From a virus (Duplodnaviria > Caudoviricetes): 60,317 nucleotides of DNA. Made by a program: the position numbers and the translations under genes. Positions 1 through 10,119 of this stretch are shown piece by piece. The stretch is taken from the IMG/VR virus record IMGVR_UViG_3300024518_004211, positions 1 through 60,317 of that record; one strand, 5' to 3'. Under the pieces are notes generated by a model. The model made no database searches and was not told the DNA's origin. It worked only from the letters and a program-made list of their open reading frames with translations. Each line of letters starts with the position of its first letter. Within the stretch, counting starts at the first letter, position 1.

Positions 1-11
1 AACACACACAC
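1..11. repeat. Left copy of 11-bp terminal direct repeat AACACACACAC
   Basis: Identical to 60307-60317. Confidence 0.8.
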
Positions 12-590
12 CCCGGGTGATCAGCCATCGGTACATGCCCCCATAGTAGGCGTTGCGCTTGGCTTATGCCGAGATGAAAGCGCAGCGGATCAGGGCCTTT
101 TTGAGCACCCGATCGGCTCTTGTCGACCCCTTCTGCGCGCCGGTTTGCCCTCCTCATCTTCGCCTCGCATCGAGCCATAGCCGCCCTCATCCGCGTCGCT
201 GCCATCTTCGCGTCGGCCTCGCTCATGTTCGCGATCGATGCCAGCGCCCGCCTGAACCCCTCGATGCTGAGCCCCTCGCCGTATCGGCTGCCGTGCTCGT
301 CGACGATGATCATGACGGACTCCATTCATGTAGCGTCTTGCCGATGCGCCTCAACAACTCCTCAACCGTCCGCAGCGCCGCACCTGGGCCGCGTTCGTTT
401 ATGTGCATCGACGTGACCATCCGTCGGCCTGACGTCGCCACGGCGAGCACATGCACCACCCAGCAGTCTTCCCGCACGTCACGCCTGAACTCGATTGAGT
501 CCGCGTCAACGGCCCACCCTGCCCCGATGAGCGGCGCAAGGATGATGCTCCTGTAGTCGGTGATCAACTTCATTCGCTCCAGGTGCTCCA

Positions 591-1025
591 TCACCACGCC
601 CTCAAGACATCGCACTCGACAACGAGATCGCTTCCGACGCCAGCGAGCGACACGCTGGCCACCCTGATCAGCGCCATGTCCATCCGCTGAGAGAACTCAT
701 TCCATATGCCAACAGTGACCTCGTCACCGCAGTTCGCTACCGATAGTTCCGAGGCGCTATCGTTGTCGCTGCTGATTCGAATGGTGATCGGTTGCGCCTC
801 TCCAGGGAGTGGCGATACCCCATTTCCTGAGAACGGATCAAGCGCCGCAATCTCCTTGTTCACCTGCTCGACCAACAACAACAACGCAGACGCCTTCACC
901 GCGTCGCAGTCATCGCTGCTCACTATCTCCCTTGCCTTCCCCACCATGGCTCTCGGGATGTCTGGGCCGGCGTTGAGGATGGCGACCCTTGCCGCGACTG
1001 CGTCGTAGATGTCACTGGCGCTCAT
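591..1025 (-). CDS. Hypothetical phage protein
   Basis: ORF; ATG at 1025 (MSASDIY) overlaps the upstream stop as ATGA. Confidence 0.55.
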   Translation of the reverse strand: MSASDIYDAVAARVAILNAGPDIPRAMVGKAREIVSSDDCDAVKASALLLLVEQVNKEIAALDPFSGNGVSPLPGEAQPITIRISSDNDSASELSVANCGDEVTVGIWNEFSQRMDMALIRVASVSLAGVGSDLVVECDVLRAW

Positions 1026-1960
1026 GCCGGCCCCCTCGGAATCCCAATCCGCGGATCCCACATGAGGAGGCTGTAGGCGCTCTTGACCCATTCCGGCAAT
1101 GGTGATCCGTCGGACACGTGAATCCGCACACCTCTGCCATCGGCCAGCCGATCGGCCAGCGACTCGCAATGCCACACCTGCCCAGCACATGGGCTCGCTC
1201 CGTTCGCCACATACGCCGCCTCCAACGCCGCATCGAACTCATAGTCAGGCACCCGGCGCCCGTCTGCGGTCCAGAGGGTTCGGGGTTGGTGGGCGGTGGC
1301 GGTGGAGTAGTCGGTGGGCGGTGGCGTAGGTGTCGGGTCGAACGGAACGGTGAACACGAACCTGATGGTGTCCCCGTCGATCACCGCGTTGTCCGGCATG
1401 ATCGGCTTCAGCCTCCCGGTCTTGAGCGGCCACCTTCTCAGCATCTCTATGATGTCGGATTCGGTGTGCGCCTTGATGTAGTCAGGCGTCGAGAACCGTG
1501 ACTCGCTCCGGGCGTATTCGGCGGGCTCGTCGCACCACGACATGTGCACGCCTCTGCTGCGCCAATGGGTGCTGGGTTTCGGCTTGTCGAGTTTGTCCAG
1601 GATGGTCGCGACCACGGCTGCTGCTTTCGTGGCCCCCATGATAGTGCCCCCGTCTGCGCCGCAGAGATACACGCGGCCGTCCGAAGCGGACCACTCTGGT
1701 GCGTACAGTCCTGGCTCGTTCCACACAACGTGGCCCCACAGCATCCGCGCGTAGTCCTCCGCCCACAGCATCGTCACCGTGTCGCGGAGGTCGAGCCACC
1801 AAGCCTGCGTCCCGACGGTCGCACCTTGTGACCTAATGGGCCTGTCGTCGAGCACATTGCGGTAGAGGATGCCCGGCGGCAACTCTGTGCCCATCGGGAT
1901 GCCGGTCCACAGGTTGCGCCCGATCTCGCGGTAGTGGGCCAGTTCTTCGGCGGGCGTCAT
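1022..1960 (-). CDS. Hypothetical phage protein (312 aa)
   Basis: Long ORF, ATGA-coupled to neighbours on both sides. Confidence 0.65.
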   Translation of the reverse strand: MTPAEELAHYREIGRNLWTGIPMGTELPPGILYRNVLDDRPIRSQGATVGTQAWWLDLRDTVTMLWAEDYARMLWGHVVWNEPGLYAPEWSASDGRVYLCGADGGTIMGATKAAAVVATILDKLDKPKPSTHWRSRGVHMSWCDEPAEYARSESRFSTPDYIKAHTESDIIEMLRRWPLKTGRLKPIMPDNAVIDGDTIRFVFTVPFDPTPTPPPTDYSTATAHQPRTLWTADGRRVPDYEFDAALEAAYVANGASPCAGQVWHCESLADRLADGRGVRIHVSDGSPLPEWVKSAYSLLMWDPRIGIPRGPA

Positions 1961-2520
1961 GAGTCACCCCCGGCCATCGCTTCGGCCTTGTGCGCCGCCG
2001 CAGCCTTGAACACGTCGGCGTAGTCCTCTTTGGTGCTGTCGCGGAAGTCGAGCGTGTCCGCAATCTCGCTCCCGGACGTGGTAGCGGTCAGGTTGTCGAT
2101 GATGTCGTTCTGGCGCTCGATGACCTGCAGCGCTCTGTCGTTCGCGCTCCCTTGCGCCACGACGCACGACAGCACAGCCATCACCGGATCTTCGTGGCGC
2201 CCCATGCTGAACCTCGGCGCACCGATCTTCGCCTCCCACTCCGGGCCGAACCCCAAGCCGTTGTCGACAGCCTGGAGCGTGCACCGTCCATCCTCAGGGT
2301 ACCATTCCTGCATCACGGCGAGCGCTTCGGCCGCCCTCTGCGTGTCCGTGTTGATTAGCGCGGCTGCGCTAATGCCTGGCCTGTCGGCGATAATGCGGAG
2401 TTCGGTAGCGATATTGGCAGGGAGGATCAGTCTGGTCCCCCCGATCTTGTGCGCCGCCATGATCATGATGTCTGCGTCCCGGTCGCTGATCGCAACCAGC
2501 CTCACGTTCTCGTGTTTCAT
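1957..2520 (-). CDS. Hypothetical phage protein (187 aa)
   Basis: ORF with GAGGAG RBS; protein-like composition. Confidence 0.65.
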   Translation of the reverse strand: MKHENVRLVAISDRDADIMIMAAHKIGGTRLILPANIATELRIIADRPGISAAALINTDTQRAAEALAVMQEWYPEDGRCTLQAVDNGLGFGPEWEAKIGAPRFSMGRHEDPVMAVLSCVVAQGSANDRALQVIERQNDIIDNLTATTSGSEIADTLDFRDSTKEDYADVFKAAAAHKAEAMAGGDS

Positions 2521-2547
2521 CAGGTGCTCCTCGGTGTGTTGAATCTC

Positions 2548-2745
2548 TCAGGTCCACAGCTTCTGGACCTCGTCTGCCGCCGCTTCCTCAGCGATCCTCG
2601 CCTTCTCGATCTTCTTACCCCACTTCTCAGCGGCCTTCATTCGCTTGTCGTCGCCCTTGACGATCTCGGCCCTCACCAGTGCTTTGTAGTCGCCTGACGC
2701 GTCCCATTCGGCGTCGGTGGATGGGTTGATTCCGTTGTGCGGCAT
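2548..2745 (-). CDS. Small hypothetical protein
   Basis: 65-aa ORF with GGAG RBS, fits operon tiling. Confidence 0.55.
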   Translation of the reverse strand: MPHNGINPSTDAEWDASGDYKALVRAEIVKGDDKRMKAAEKWGKKIEKARIAEEAAADEVQKLWT

Positions 2746-2774
2746 GATCGGCTCCGGTTGAGTGTGGGGACATT

Positions 2775-3116
2775 CTAACCCTGCGGGGTGTTCGCCTGCT
2801 GCCGTTGGTGCAGTGCTTCAATCAGCGCTTCGATCGCCTTGTCCGGATCGGACATCGCTGCGAGCGCTCGACTCTGGAAGGTGCGCACCTGGCCGTCACC
2901 CGTCACGATCTGCCACCCGAGCGGACCGCCTGATCCGATGATTCCTGGCTCTGGTTTGCTCCGAAGGCGGACGAGGGCAACCCCTGTGGTGGCGTCCATG
3001 GTGAGCATGACGGCAGCTACTGCGAGCTTCGCCATGCGGTCGCGCCACTCGCGGACCTGCCTGTCTACGAGCGTTTCGATGTCTGCGGGCGGGGTGTTGG
3101 TGTCGGGGTTCGGCAT
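2775..3116 (-). CDS. Hypothetical protein
   Basis: ATG at 3116 (MPNPDTN) preceded by GAGGAG. Confidence 0.55.
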   Translation of the reverse strand: MPNPDTNTPPADIETLVDRQVREWRDRMAKLAVAAVMLTMDATTGVALVRLRSKPEPGIIGSGGPLGWQIVTGDGQVRTFQSRALAAMSDPDKAIEALIEALHQRQQANTPQG

Positions 3117-3364
3117 GGTTGGCTCCTCGGGGGCGTGTTGTGATTCTGCTCCACGGCGGTTCATCTGGACCAAAGCGGCATCCCTCGGTCGAGCATGTCC
3201 TGCCGTTGGCGGTCGGACCTGTCCATCAGCATCGCCAATCGCGGATCGCTCTCCACCGTCGACGCCTTCTTCAAAAGCCGGCCGATCTCGATGTTGACGC
3301 GATCCTCAGGCGATATCTCGTTGATCACGTCTACTATTGATTTCTCCAGGTCGAACGTCATCGG

Positions 3365-3601
3365 TCACCCCTCCAGCCTGTCGCACAGTTCGCCCCACCG
3401 CTCCAGAAACGGGCACCCCTTCACGATCGCGGTGATGGCCCTGCTCGTCTCCATCAGCCATTCGAGATCGTCGGCCGGCGCTCCTGCCTGTTTCGCCAGC
3501 GTGATCGACATCAGCAGTTTCCCCTCGGCCTCGACGAGTGCACTCATGGCCTGATTCTGCGGGTTGAGCAGTTCTCGCCTGACCTCCACGTTGACTCTCA
3601 C
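3365..3601 (-). CDS. Small helical hypothetical protein
   Basis: 78-aa ORF in a tiled operon. Confidence 0.5.
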   Translation of the reverse strand: MRVNVEVRRELLNPQNQAMSALVEAEGKLLMSITLAKQAGAPADDLEWLMETSRAITAIVKGCPFLERWGELCDRLEG

Positions 3602-3981
3602 CCCTCACCCCCGAGCACATCCGCCACCGTAGGCAGCACTGGTGCAGGAGTTCGCCGTGTCCATGTGCTCCCGTTGTCGACGCTCACGAGTTCGAACGCC
3701 ACAGGCCCACCCGGTGTTGACCGGACCTCGGCAATGATGCGGCTTCCTGTGACTCTCAGCCTGAAGTGCATGTCTGCGCTCGCCATCAGACCTCCCCCCA
3801 ATACCACTTCCCCGCCGGATACCCGCCAGCCTTCACCCACGGCGGAACCAGGTTCGGCCCCATCCCGTTCTCACTGACGCCGCTCTTGACCAGCGACGCG
3901 AGCCACGCCGGGCCCTGTGGGTGCTTCATGACGCGCTGACGCCACCGGATGCGCATGGTCTGCATGGATTCGCCGAACATC

Positions 3982-4341
3982 TCACCACCCTCCCATCGGC
4001 ACAAACCCCTCAACCGCCGCACACACCTCCACCCCCACATCCTGGCACATGGGGTAGCCGGGTCGCTCGTCGAGCCAGGCGCAGGTGGTGTTCCCCGCCA
4101 CCAGCCGTGACAGGTGCCTGAATGCGTCTATCTCGAACGAGCAGAAGCCGAGGTGTCCGCGTTCGTGCGTGCACCGGGTGAACCCGTCCGTCACAACGCA
4201 CCTGAACCGCAGCGAGTGCCCCTGTGCCGCCTCGCCCTCCTCACCCGCCCCCTGAGCCGCAAATCCGCCGTCGAGCGATTCTGGGGCGGTTTCTGTCGGT
4301 TCTGTGGGCTTGTCGGGGGTGGTTGGTTCGGCGGGGGTCAT
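3982..4341 (-). CDS. Hypothetical protein, Cys/His-containing
   Basis: ORF with GGAGG RBS and ATGA overlap. Confidence 0.5.
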   Translation of the reverse strand: MTPAEPTTPDKPTEPTETAPESLDGGFAAQGAGEEGEAAQGHSLRFRCVVTDGFTRCTHERGHLGFCSFEIDAFRHLSRLVAGNTTCAWLDERPGYPMCQDVGVEVCAAVEGFVPMGGW

Positions 4342-4646
4342 GCCTGCCTCCTCAGATACGCAGCGTCCTTCGCGCCATCAAGCGACACCGTCAGCCCGAC
4401 GTAGAAGCCGAACAGCCCCACGCACAGATCCGGTCCGTGGTTCGTCCTCACGATCGCCATTGCCGGCCACGGACGAAGCGGGATGTCCTCGTCGTGGCCC
4501 CAACCGAACCGGGCGCACAGCAGGCCGCCCGACGGTGGCGCGATCAGGAGCGCGACGACGAACAGGGAATCCCCGTCCTCGTTTCCGGTCGAGGCGAACC
4601 ACGAATACCCGAACGCCTTCCGGATCCTCGTCCTGTATGCCTTCAT
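4338..4646 (-). CDS. Hypothetical protein
   Basis: ORF with RBS, ATGA overlap with downstream gene. Confidence 0.5.
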   Translation of the reverse strand: MKAYRTRIRKAFGYSWFASTGNEDGDSLFVVALLIAPPSGGLLCARFGWGHDEDIPLRPWPAMAIVRTNHGPDLCVGLFGFYVGLTVSLDGAKDAAYLRRQA

Positions 4647-4781
4647 CGCTCCCTCCCACTCACCGTCGCCCTCGCCGCACCCGTCAGCCGCACCACGCGA
4701 CCCGAGCCCCAGATCCTGACCACGGCCAATGTCGGCGCCTCGAAGATCAGCGTGCCGATCATCTTGACGCTGAGTGTGGGT

Positions 4782-6326
4782 CTACAGGTAACCGTCATCG
4801 TTTCCGTCTCCATCGTCCCACCCCTTCGGATCGGTGTAGTCCCGCCAGCGTCCGGTGTTCGGACCCGGCCCCGTGTTCGTCCCGCGCGCCGGAACATGCC
4901 CAACGCGCTCCGTCCTGGCGCCGACCCACTTCGACGGCACATCAAACACGAGTTCCAGTGTCGTCTTCGCCCCGCTCCGTCGCTTCCTGCTGATCACCTC
5001 GATCACACCGGGATTACCGGCGTTCGGTGTGTGCTCGTAGAAGTCCTGCGGGTTCGGGTGCATCTCGGCGTAGAAGTCCGCCCGGTACAGCGCGAAGACC
5101 TCCTCGGAGTCCTGATGCGCCTTGCTCGACCACTGCACGTCCCACATCTCGGGCCGCCTGTCACCGACCGCCTTCTTGTTCCCGATGCCGCCGCCCTTCT
5201 CGCCTGAGACCTGGGCGCCGGCCACAACCGGGACGTCGAGATGCGCGGATAGATCCTTGAGCGTCTGCGAGGCGTGGCCGACCTGCACCACCTTGTCGCC
5301 ACGGACACCGGGCGAGAACACGAAGTCTTGTAGGAAGTCCACGATCAGCGCACCGAGGCGACCCTGTCCGTGCATGGCTCGTGCTCGAGCGGCTACCTGC
5401 TCAACCGTCGCGCCCGACCCGGAGATCCTCAGCGGCAGCCGGCTGATTTTGTCGAGGGCTTGGAAGATGTTGTCCCACGCCCTGTGCAACCACTCACCGT
5501 CCTGGTCTCGGCACGCCTGAATCCACTGGCGGCGCCCGACGTTCGCCAGTGCAAAGGCGATATCGATGGTCCGCCGTTGCGCCGTGGTCTCGGTCCCGTG
5601 GAGCAGGATCGGCGTTCCCCTCGCCGCCATCCCGTAGGCCAGTCGGTTGATCACCGAGGTCTTACCCATGCCGGACGCACCGAGAATCAGCGTCAGCCCT
5701 TCCGTCGAGATGCCCAGGAAGTGTTCATCACCGTCCCACTCGGGGATTCCTGACGGGATGATGGGAGCGATCGACCCGTCACGCTCGCCCTCCAGTCGGC
5801 TGAGCACGCTCATCGAGAGATCCTCGATCGCCTCGATCTCGTGGCTCACGGTCGACAGGTTCGCGGCCCTGTCCGTGATGTCGGCCGCCACGTCTTCGGG
5901 CGCCTCACCGTTCGCGATGCGCTCCCGGGACTCCGACATCAGGCCATCAAGGCGTTTCGCGCGTGCTCGTGCTCGCATCTCCCGGAGCAGCGCTGGCATG
6001 GCCTCGGGCCAGTAGCCGGTGATTGTGCCCATCAGCGCCGCACTCGAAAACTCGGTGGACCGCAACCACCTGGGCATCCTCTCACGGTCCTGTGGTCGCA
6101 TCTCGAAGACGGCGCGGATGATGCTCGCGGGGTCGATGTTGTACCGGCGTTCGTGGCGGTCCAGGAGCAGGATCATCAACTCGCGGTGTTCGGCGTAGAG
6201 CAGATCATCGGCGGTCAACTGGAGCGCGTTGATGACCTCGGGGTAGTGCATGACGCAGCCGAGGTAGAGGCGCTCCTGCTGGAGGGTGGGATCGGTGATT
6301 CCGGGGATCTGGAGGACGGTGCTCAC
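4782..6326 (-). CDS. DnaB-like replicative DNA helicase
   Basis: DnaB-like N-terminal region (ERLYLGCVM); Walker A GASGMGKT; Walker B ALIVDFLQ; VPVVAGAQ; HQDSEEVFALYR; KRRSG arginine finger; directly follows the replication initiator. Confidence 0.92.
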   Translation of the reverse strand: MSTVLQIPGITDPTLQQERLYLGCVMHYPEVINALQLTADDLLYAEHRELMILLLDRHERRYNIDPASIIRAVFEMRPQDRERMPRWLRSTEFSSAALMGTITGYWPEAMPALLREMRARARAKRLDGLMSESRERIANGEAPEDVAADITDRAANLSTVSHEIEAIEDLSMSVLSRLEGERDGSIAPIIPSGIPEWDGDEHFLGISTEGLTLILGASGMGKTSVINRLAYGMAARGTPILLHGTETTAQRRTIDIAFALANVGRRQWIQACRDQDGEWLHRAWDNIFQALDKISRLPLRISGSGATVEQVAARARAMHGQGRLGALIVDFLQDFVFSPGVRGDKVVQVGHASQTLKDLSAHLDVPVVAGAQVSGEKGGGIGNKKAVGDRRPEMWDVQWSSKAHQDSEEVFALYRADFYAEMHPNPQDFYEHTPNAGNPGVIEVISRKRRSGAKTTLELVFDVPSKWVGARTERVGHVPARGTNTGPGPNTGRWRDYTDPKGWDDGDGNDDGYL

Positions 6327-7420
6327 GACGCACTCCGCTGCTCGAATTTCTCCATGAACGGGTAGTAGACGTTCGCCGGCTGGTCGACCATGGCGGCGAC
6401 CTCCGACCAGAACGCCGTGCCCGCCTTCAACTTCCCGACGCCGTCAACGTGGCGCGTCCATGAGGCGGCCAGCGTCGGCCAGTTCTGCTCGACCCAGATC
6501 GCGCCGGCTTCTGGGTTCGGGACCTTCGCCTTGCCGTTGTGCATGCGCTCGTCGGGGGTCTTGGTGGTTCCGTTGTCGCCGTCGGTGGTCGGCGCTCGTC
6601 CCGGCCACACCGGCGCCCCGCTCTCGTCGATGTACCCGCCCTCAGTCGCGAACCCGACGTATTCGCGGAGGTTGTCGGGCCTCAACACCGTCTTCCAACC
6701 ATAGCCGTTGTCGCGCAGGTACTGGGCCCGGTCGCTCGTCGAGTGCCACCACCAGCGGACCGTGCCGATGAGTTGACCCTCGCCGTGTTCGCCGACGCGG
6801 ATCCTCAGCGTGTTCCGTCTGCCTCCGAGTTTCGTCCTGCTGGCTTTTGTGCCGGTGGCCTTTGCAGCGTCGACTCGGATCGTTTCCAGTTCGTGCCAGA
6901 TGCGGTCGAGGTGGTCTGGCTCCGGTGGCGTAGCCGGCGGGGCAGCGTCGCCAGACGCACCAAAGATGGGGAGGGTTCCTTCGGAGGGTTTACTGGGGAG
7001 GGTTCCTTCGGAGGGTTCGCCCTCGGAATCTGAGGGGGTCCCCTCCGGAATCTGAGGGGGTACCCCTGCGGAATCTGAGGGGGTCCCCTCCGGAATCTGA
7101 GGGGGTGCGGAATCCGAGGGGGTCAGAATCCGAGGGGGTCGGGCCACGAGCGCGTCGAGATCCAGCCGGCACTTCATCGGGCGCCCGTTGACCGCGTCGA
7201 CCACGACGAGCGAGCCGGATGCTATCGCCCGGGTGCGAGCCGCCCTCGTCGCCGTTTCCTTCAGAGACGCGTAGCTGGCGAGCGTGGCAATCCCGGGCCA
7301 TGCGACCCCGGACACGCCGGACGCCGATGGGATGTGGGACAGGTAGCCGAGCAGGATCAGCTTCTCGGGACCGGTGAGGGTGCTCCGGAGGATCTTGTCT
7401 GCTGCCTGGCCTCGGTTCAT
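6323..7420 (-). CDS. Phage replication initiator (lambda O / HTH_36-like)
   Basis: N-terminal LTGPEKLILL...AWPGIATLASYASL winged-HTH pattern; internal iteron array; upstream of the DnaB-like gene. Confidence 0.8.
   Translation of the reverse strand: MNRGQAADKILRSTLTGPEKLILLGYLSHIPSASGVSGVAWPGIATLASYASLKETATRAARTRAIASGSLVVVDAVNGRPMKCRLDLDALVARPPRILTPSDSAPPQIPEGTPSDSAGVPPQIPEGTPSDSEGEPSEGTLPSKPSEGTLPIFGASGDAAPPATPPEPDHLDRIWHELETIRVDAAKATGTKASRTKLGGRRNTLRIRVGEHGEGQLIGTVRWWWHSTSDRAQYLRDNGYGWKTVLRPDNLREYVGFATEGGYIDESGAPVWPGRAPTTDGDNGTTKTPDERMHNGKAKVPNPEAGAIWVEQNWPTLAASWTRHVDGVGKLKAGTAFWSEVAAMVDQPANVYYPFMEKFEQRSAS
6968..7139. repeat. Iteron array, putative replication origin
   Basis: Six copies of RGAATCYGAGGGGGT (7025, 7047, 7070, 7092, 7109, 7125) and two copies of GGGGAGGGTTCCTTCGGAGGGTT (6968, 6995) inside the initiator gene. 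Confidence 0.8.
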
Positions 7421-7543
7421 GTCGCGATCCCGGGGCCGCCTCGCCGCCCATGGCCTTCACTCCATGGGGGCGGGCGGCTGGGGGTGGGCCCGTTTGCGGC
7501 CCAGATTCCTAATAGCCGGTGAAGGTCGGCTGTCGTGATCATC

Positions 7544-7900
7544 CTACCGACTCCCGGGCGCGGGCGCAACAGCACCAGCCCCAAACGTCCGCCACCGCCC
7601 CGCCCCACACACCCTGTACTCGGCCACGTCCACCGGCTCGAACCACGCCGCCCCGACGCCCAGGATGTGGTGGTCAGGAAGAAGCTGGGGGCGCGTGACG
7701 GTCAGCGCCAGGATGATGGTCCGGCCCTGCTTGTCGGCCGCCCACTCCCGAGCAGCCTCCGGGCAGTCGAACCCGCGGACGGGGGCGAGGATGCAGCCGG
7801 TGTGCTTGTAGCGCTCGAACTTGCGGGGCGTGGTCGCGTGGTAGATGACGGCTGGGGGCTCGCGGGTGGCGGCCCAGCGGAGGGGGAGGCGGTTGCTCAT
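7544..7900 (-). CDS. Hypothetical protein
   Basis: 118-aa ORF, ATGA-coupled to the methyltransferase. Confidence 0.55.
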   Translation of the reverse strand: MSNRLPLRWAATREPPAVIYHATTPRKFERYKHTGCILAPVRGFDCPEAAREWAADKQGRTIILALTVTRPQLLPDHHILGVGAAWFEPVDVAEYRVCGAGRWRTFGAGAVAPAPGSR

Positions 7901-8964
7901 GGGGCGCTCCCGAAGAGCCCAACCTGCCCAGCAATGCCAGCAGCCTCGAGGTCGGCAGCGGATGGGGGCGTGTCCCGGGCGATGCGCTCGCGGGCCATCT
8001 GTGCGTAGTCCTCGTTCAGCTCGACGCCGAGGAAGCGCCGGCCGAGTCGACGAGCGACAATGCCGGTAGTCCCTGAGCCAGTGAACGGGTCGAGCACGAC
8101 ATCATCCGCGGCAGACCCGGCCCGGATGCAGCGCTCCGGCAGTTCCGGCGGGAACGTCGCGAAGTGCGCTTCTGGCACCTTGCCTGGCTGCATCTTCCAG
8201 ACCGTCCGGACGTTTCGGGTGTCGACGAGACCGCGGACAGCCGAACAGAAAGACTCGTTCGCCCTGACCCCAGATCCCTCACTGGCTGCCTTCGGATGGA
8301 CACCTGAGCCGCGAGCGTGGGCCGTCCCGGATGAGCGCTCCCTGACTGCGTCCTGGTCGAAGTAGTAGCGCGGACCATTCGTCAGGAGGAAGATTTGCTC
8401 ATGCACCTTCGTCGGCCTGTCCCTCACGTTCTCAGGGAGTCCGTTGGGCTTGTGCCAGATGATCTCGCTTCGCAGCGTCCACCCGTCAGCCTGGAGCGCC
8501 AGGGCGAGGCGCCAGGGCATCCCGACCATGTCCTTGTGCTTCAGGTGGCCGAGGTCGCGCCGCCTGTTCGGGCGGGATCGTCGCGTCCGACCCGGCCCAC
8601 CTTTCGGGCACACCGATGTCGCGTCAGGTGCGCCGTGGGGTCGGTTCGCGTAGCTGTCGCCCATGTTGAGCCAAAGAGTCCCGTCGTCAGCGAGTACGCG
8701 CCGGACCTCCCGGAACACCAGCACCATGTGGCCCACGAAGGCCCACGGGTCGCGCTCCAGCCCGAGGCTTGCGGTCTCGGCTGGGATCGTGAGCTCAGGG
8801 AGCCCGGGTGCCGGCGCGAAGTCGATCCTGGGCCAGAGGACTGGCTCGGTGCCGTAGTCGCGGAGTCCCCAGTAGGGAGGCGAGGTGACACACGTCTGGG
8901 CGGTGCCGTCACCGAAACTGGCGAGCACCTCCAAAACGTGTCCAGTTCGGATATCGACGCTCAC
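7897..8964 (-). CDS. DNA methyltransferase, N4-cytosine/N6-adenine, beta class
   Basis: Catalytic VTSPPYW near N-terminus, EIIWHKPN, HFATFP, SAM-binding VLDPFTGSGTT, GVELN. Confidence 0.95.
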   Translation of the reverse strand: MSVDIRTGHVLEVLASFGDGTAQTCVTSPPYWGLRDYGTEPVLWPRIDFAPAPGLPELTIPAETASLGLERDPWAFVGHMVLVFREVRRVLADDGTLWLNMGDSYANRPHGAPDATSVCPKGGPGRTRRSRPNRRRDLGHLKHKDMVGMPWRLALALQADGWTLRSEIIWHKPNGLPENVRDRPTKVHEQIFLLTNGPRYYFDQDAVRERSSGTAHARGSGVHPKAASEGSGVRANESFCSAVRGLVDTRNVRTVWKMQPGKVPEAHFATFPPELPERCIRAGSAADDVVLDPFTGSGTTGIVARRLGRRFLGVELNEDYAQMARERIARDTPPSAADLEAAGIAGQVGLFGSAP

Positions 8965-9197
8965 TGTAGCCCCCTCCCCCACTCCCGCACCACCTCCTCA
9001 ACGTGCTCCACCGTCACGCCGTGGAACCGCGCCAGCTCCGCCATCGACTTGCCGCCGAAGAACTCGGCGACCATGGCGGGGACGTAGCGGCCTCCGTGTG
9101 CGGGGCAGCGGTCGCGGTCGTGGATCTTGATGACTGGGCGCTTGCAGGGGCGGCCGGAGTCGGAGACGGTGGGGGCAAGGCATGGGGTGGCCTTCAC
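8961..9197 (-). CDS. Small HTH-like protein with Cys motif
   Basis: C..C..C-H N-terminus followed by GKSMAELARFHGVTVEHVEEVVR. Confidence 0.55.
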   Translation of the reverse strand: MKATPCLAPTVSDSGRPCKRPVIKIHDRDRCPAHGGRYVPAMVAEFFGGKSMAELARFHGVTVEHVEEVVREWGRGLQ

Positions 9198-9511
9198 TGG
9201 ACAGACTCGTCAGCGCTTGCGGAATCAGCCTTGTAGCTGACGACCGCCAGTCGCAGCTTTCGGATCCTGTCTTCGCCGAACGCCTCCGAGCACCACACAG
9301 CCTCCTCCGCTGCAGATAGCACTCGGGCAATCAGTTCATACCCCTCACAGACGTGCCGCACGCCATCCACGAGCGCCCGCGCCCCTTCAGTGGTCACCTC
9401 CAGCGAGACCACCATCGAGTCGCCGTATTCCGGGCCTTCATCAGCCTGTTCGGCCGCCTGTTTTTCGAGCTTCACAACCGCAGCGAGTAGCCCATCGATC
9501 GTGTGTTTCAC
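9194..9511 (-). CDS. Hypothetical protein
   Basis: Tiled ORF with GTGA overlaps. Confidence 0.55.
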   Translation of the reverse strand: MKHTIDGLLAAVVKLEKQAAEQADEGPEYGDSMVVSLEVTTEGARALVDGVRHVCEGYELIARVLSAAEEAVWCSEAFGEDRIRKLRLAVVSYKADSASADESVQ

Positions 9512-10119
9512 GCCGTCCTCCTCGTCTCAGCATCCTCGACGAGCGCCACGCCCGCCGGAGTCGGCCACCGCAGAGACGGCGCCTCGATGACACCCTCCTC
9601 GCAGAGCCAGCGGTAGGCCCTGCGCAGTGCTCCAGGCGCCCTGCGCCCGACCACTTCTCGAGCGGTCATGTCGGTGATTCCCGCCTCGTGCGCCGCCAGT
9701 AGCGACCGCACCAATGCCACCGCGTTCGCGTCCGCGTCTGGCTCCACGATGGCGCCGATGCCGTCGTCACCGTCCGTCGCGTAGTCGCCAGGCCAGTCGA
9801 GACCGCCGCACATCACCGGCCGAAGCGAACGCACGAACGCGGTTACCCCGGGCAGCATCTCCACCTTCACCCTGGCCCACTCCGCGAGACGTGGCCCGCG
9901 CTGCTTTTCCAGTAGCCCAGCCTCGACAAGGCGTCCAAGGATGCGCCCGATCTTGACCGTGTGCGCCTTCCTGGCGTTCACCCAGCCGCGGTAGTCGCTC
10001 GCGTCGAAGCGCGGGGCGTCGGTGGCTGCTGCGAGGGTGGCGGTGGTCCAGCAGCCGGGGCTGAGGACGATGGCGGCGAGGAGGCGGCGGGCGAGGGTGT
10101 TTGGGGCGGTGGATATCAT
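9508..10119 (-). CDS. Hypothetical protein, possibly winged-helix DNA-binding
   Basis: ILGRLVEAGLLEK and AYRWLCEEGVIE resemble wHTH recognition helix/wing segments. Confidence 0.5.
   Translation of the reverse strand: MISTAPNTLARRLLAAIVLSPGCWTTATLAAATDAPRFDASDYRGWVNARKAHTVKIGRILGRLVEAGLLEKQRGPRLAEWARVKVEMLPGVTAFVRSLRPVMCGGLDWPGDYATDGDDGIGAIVEPDADANAVALVRSLLAAHEAGITDMTAREVVGRRAPGALRRAYRWLCEEGVIEAPSLRWPTPAGVALVEDAETRRTA

Noticed and set aside
7021-7140. Possible CRISPR array
   Set aside because: Repeats are 15 bp with 1-8 nt between them, lie in frame inside a gene, have no unique spacers, and no cas genes are present; better explained as iterons.
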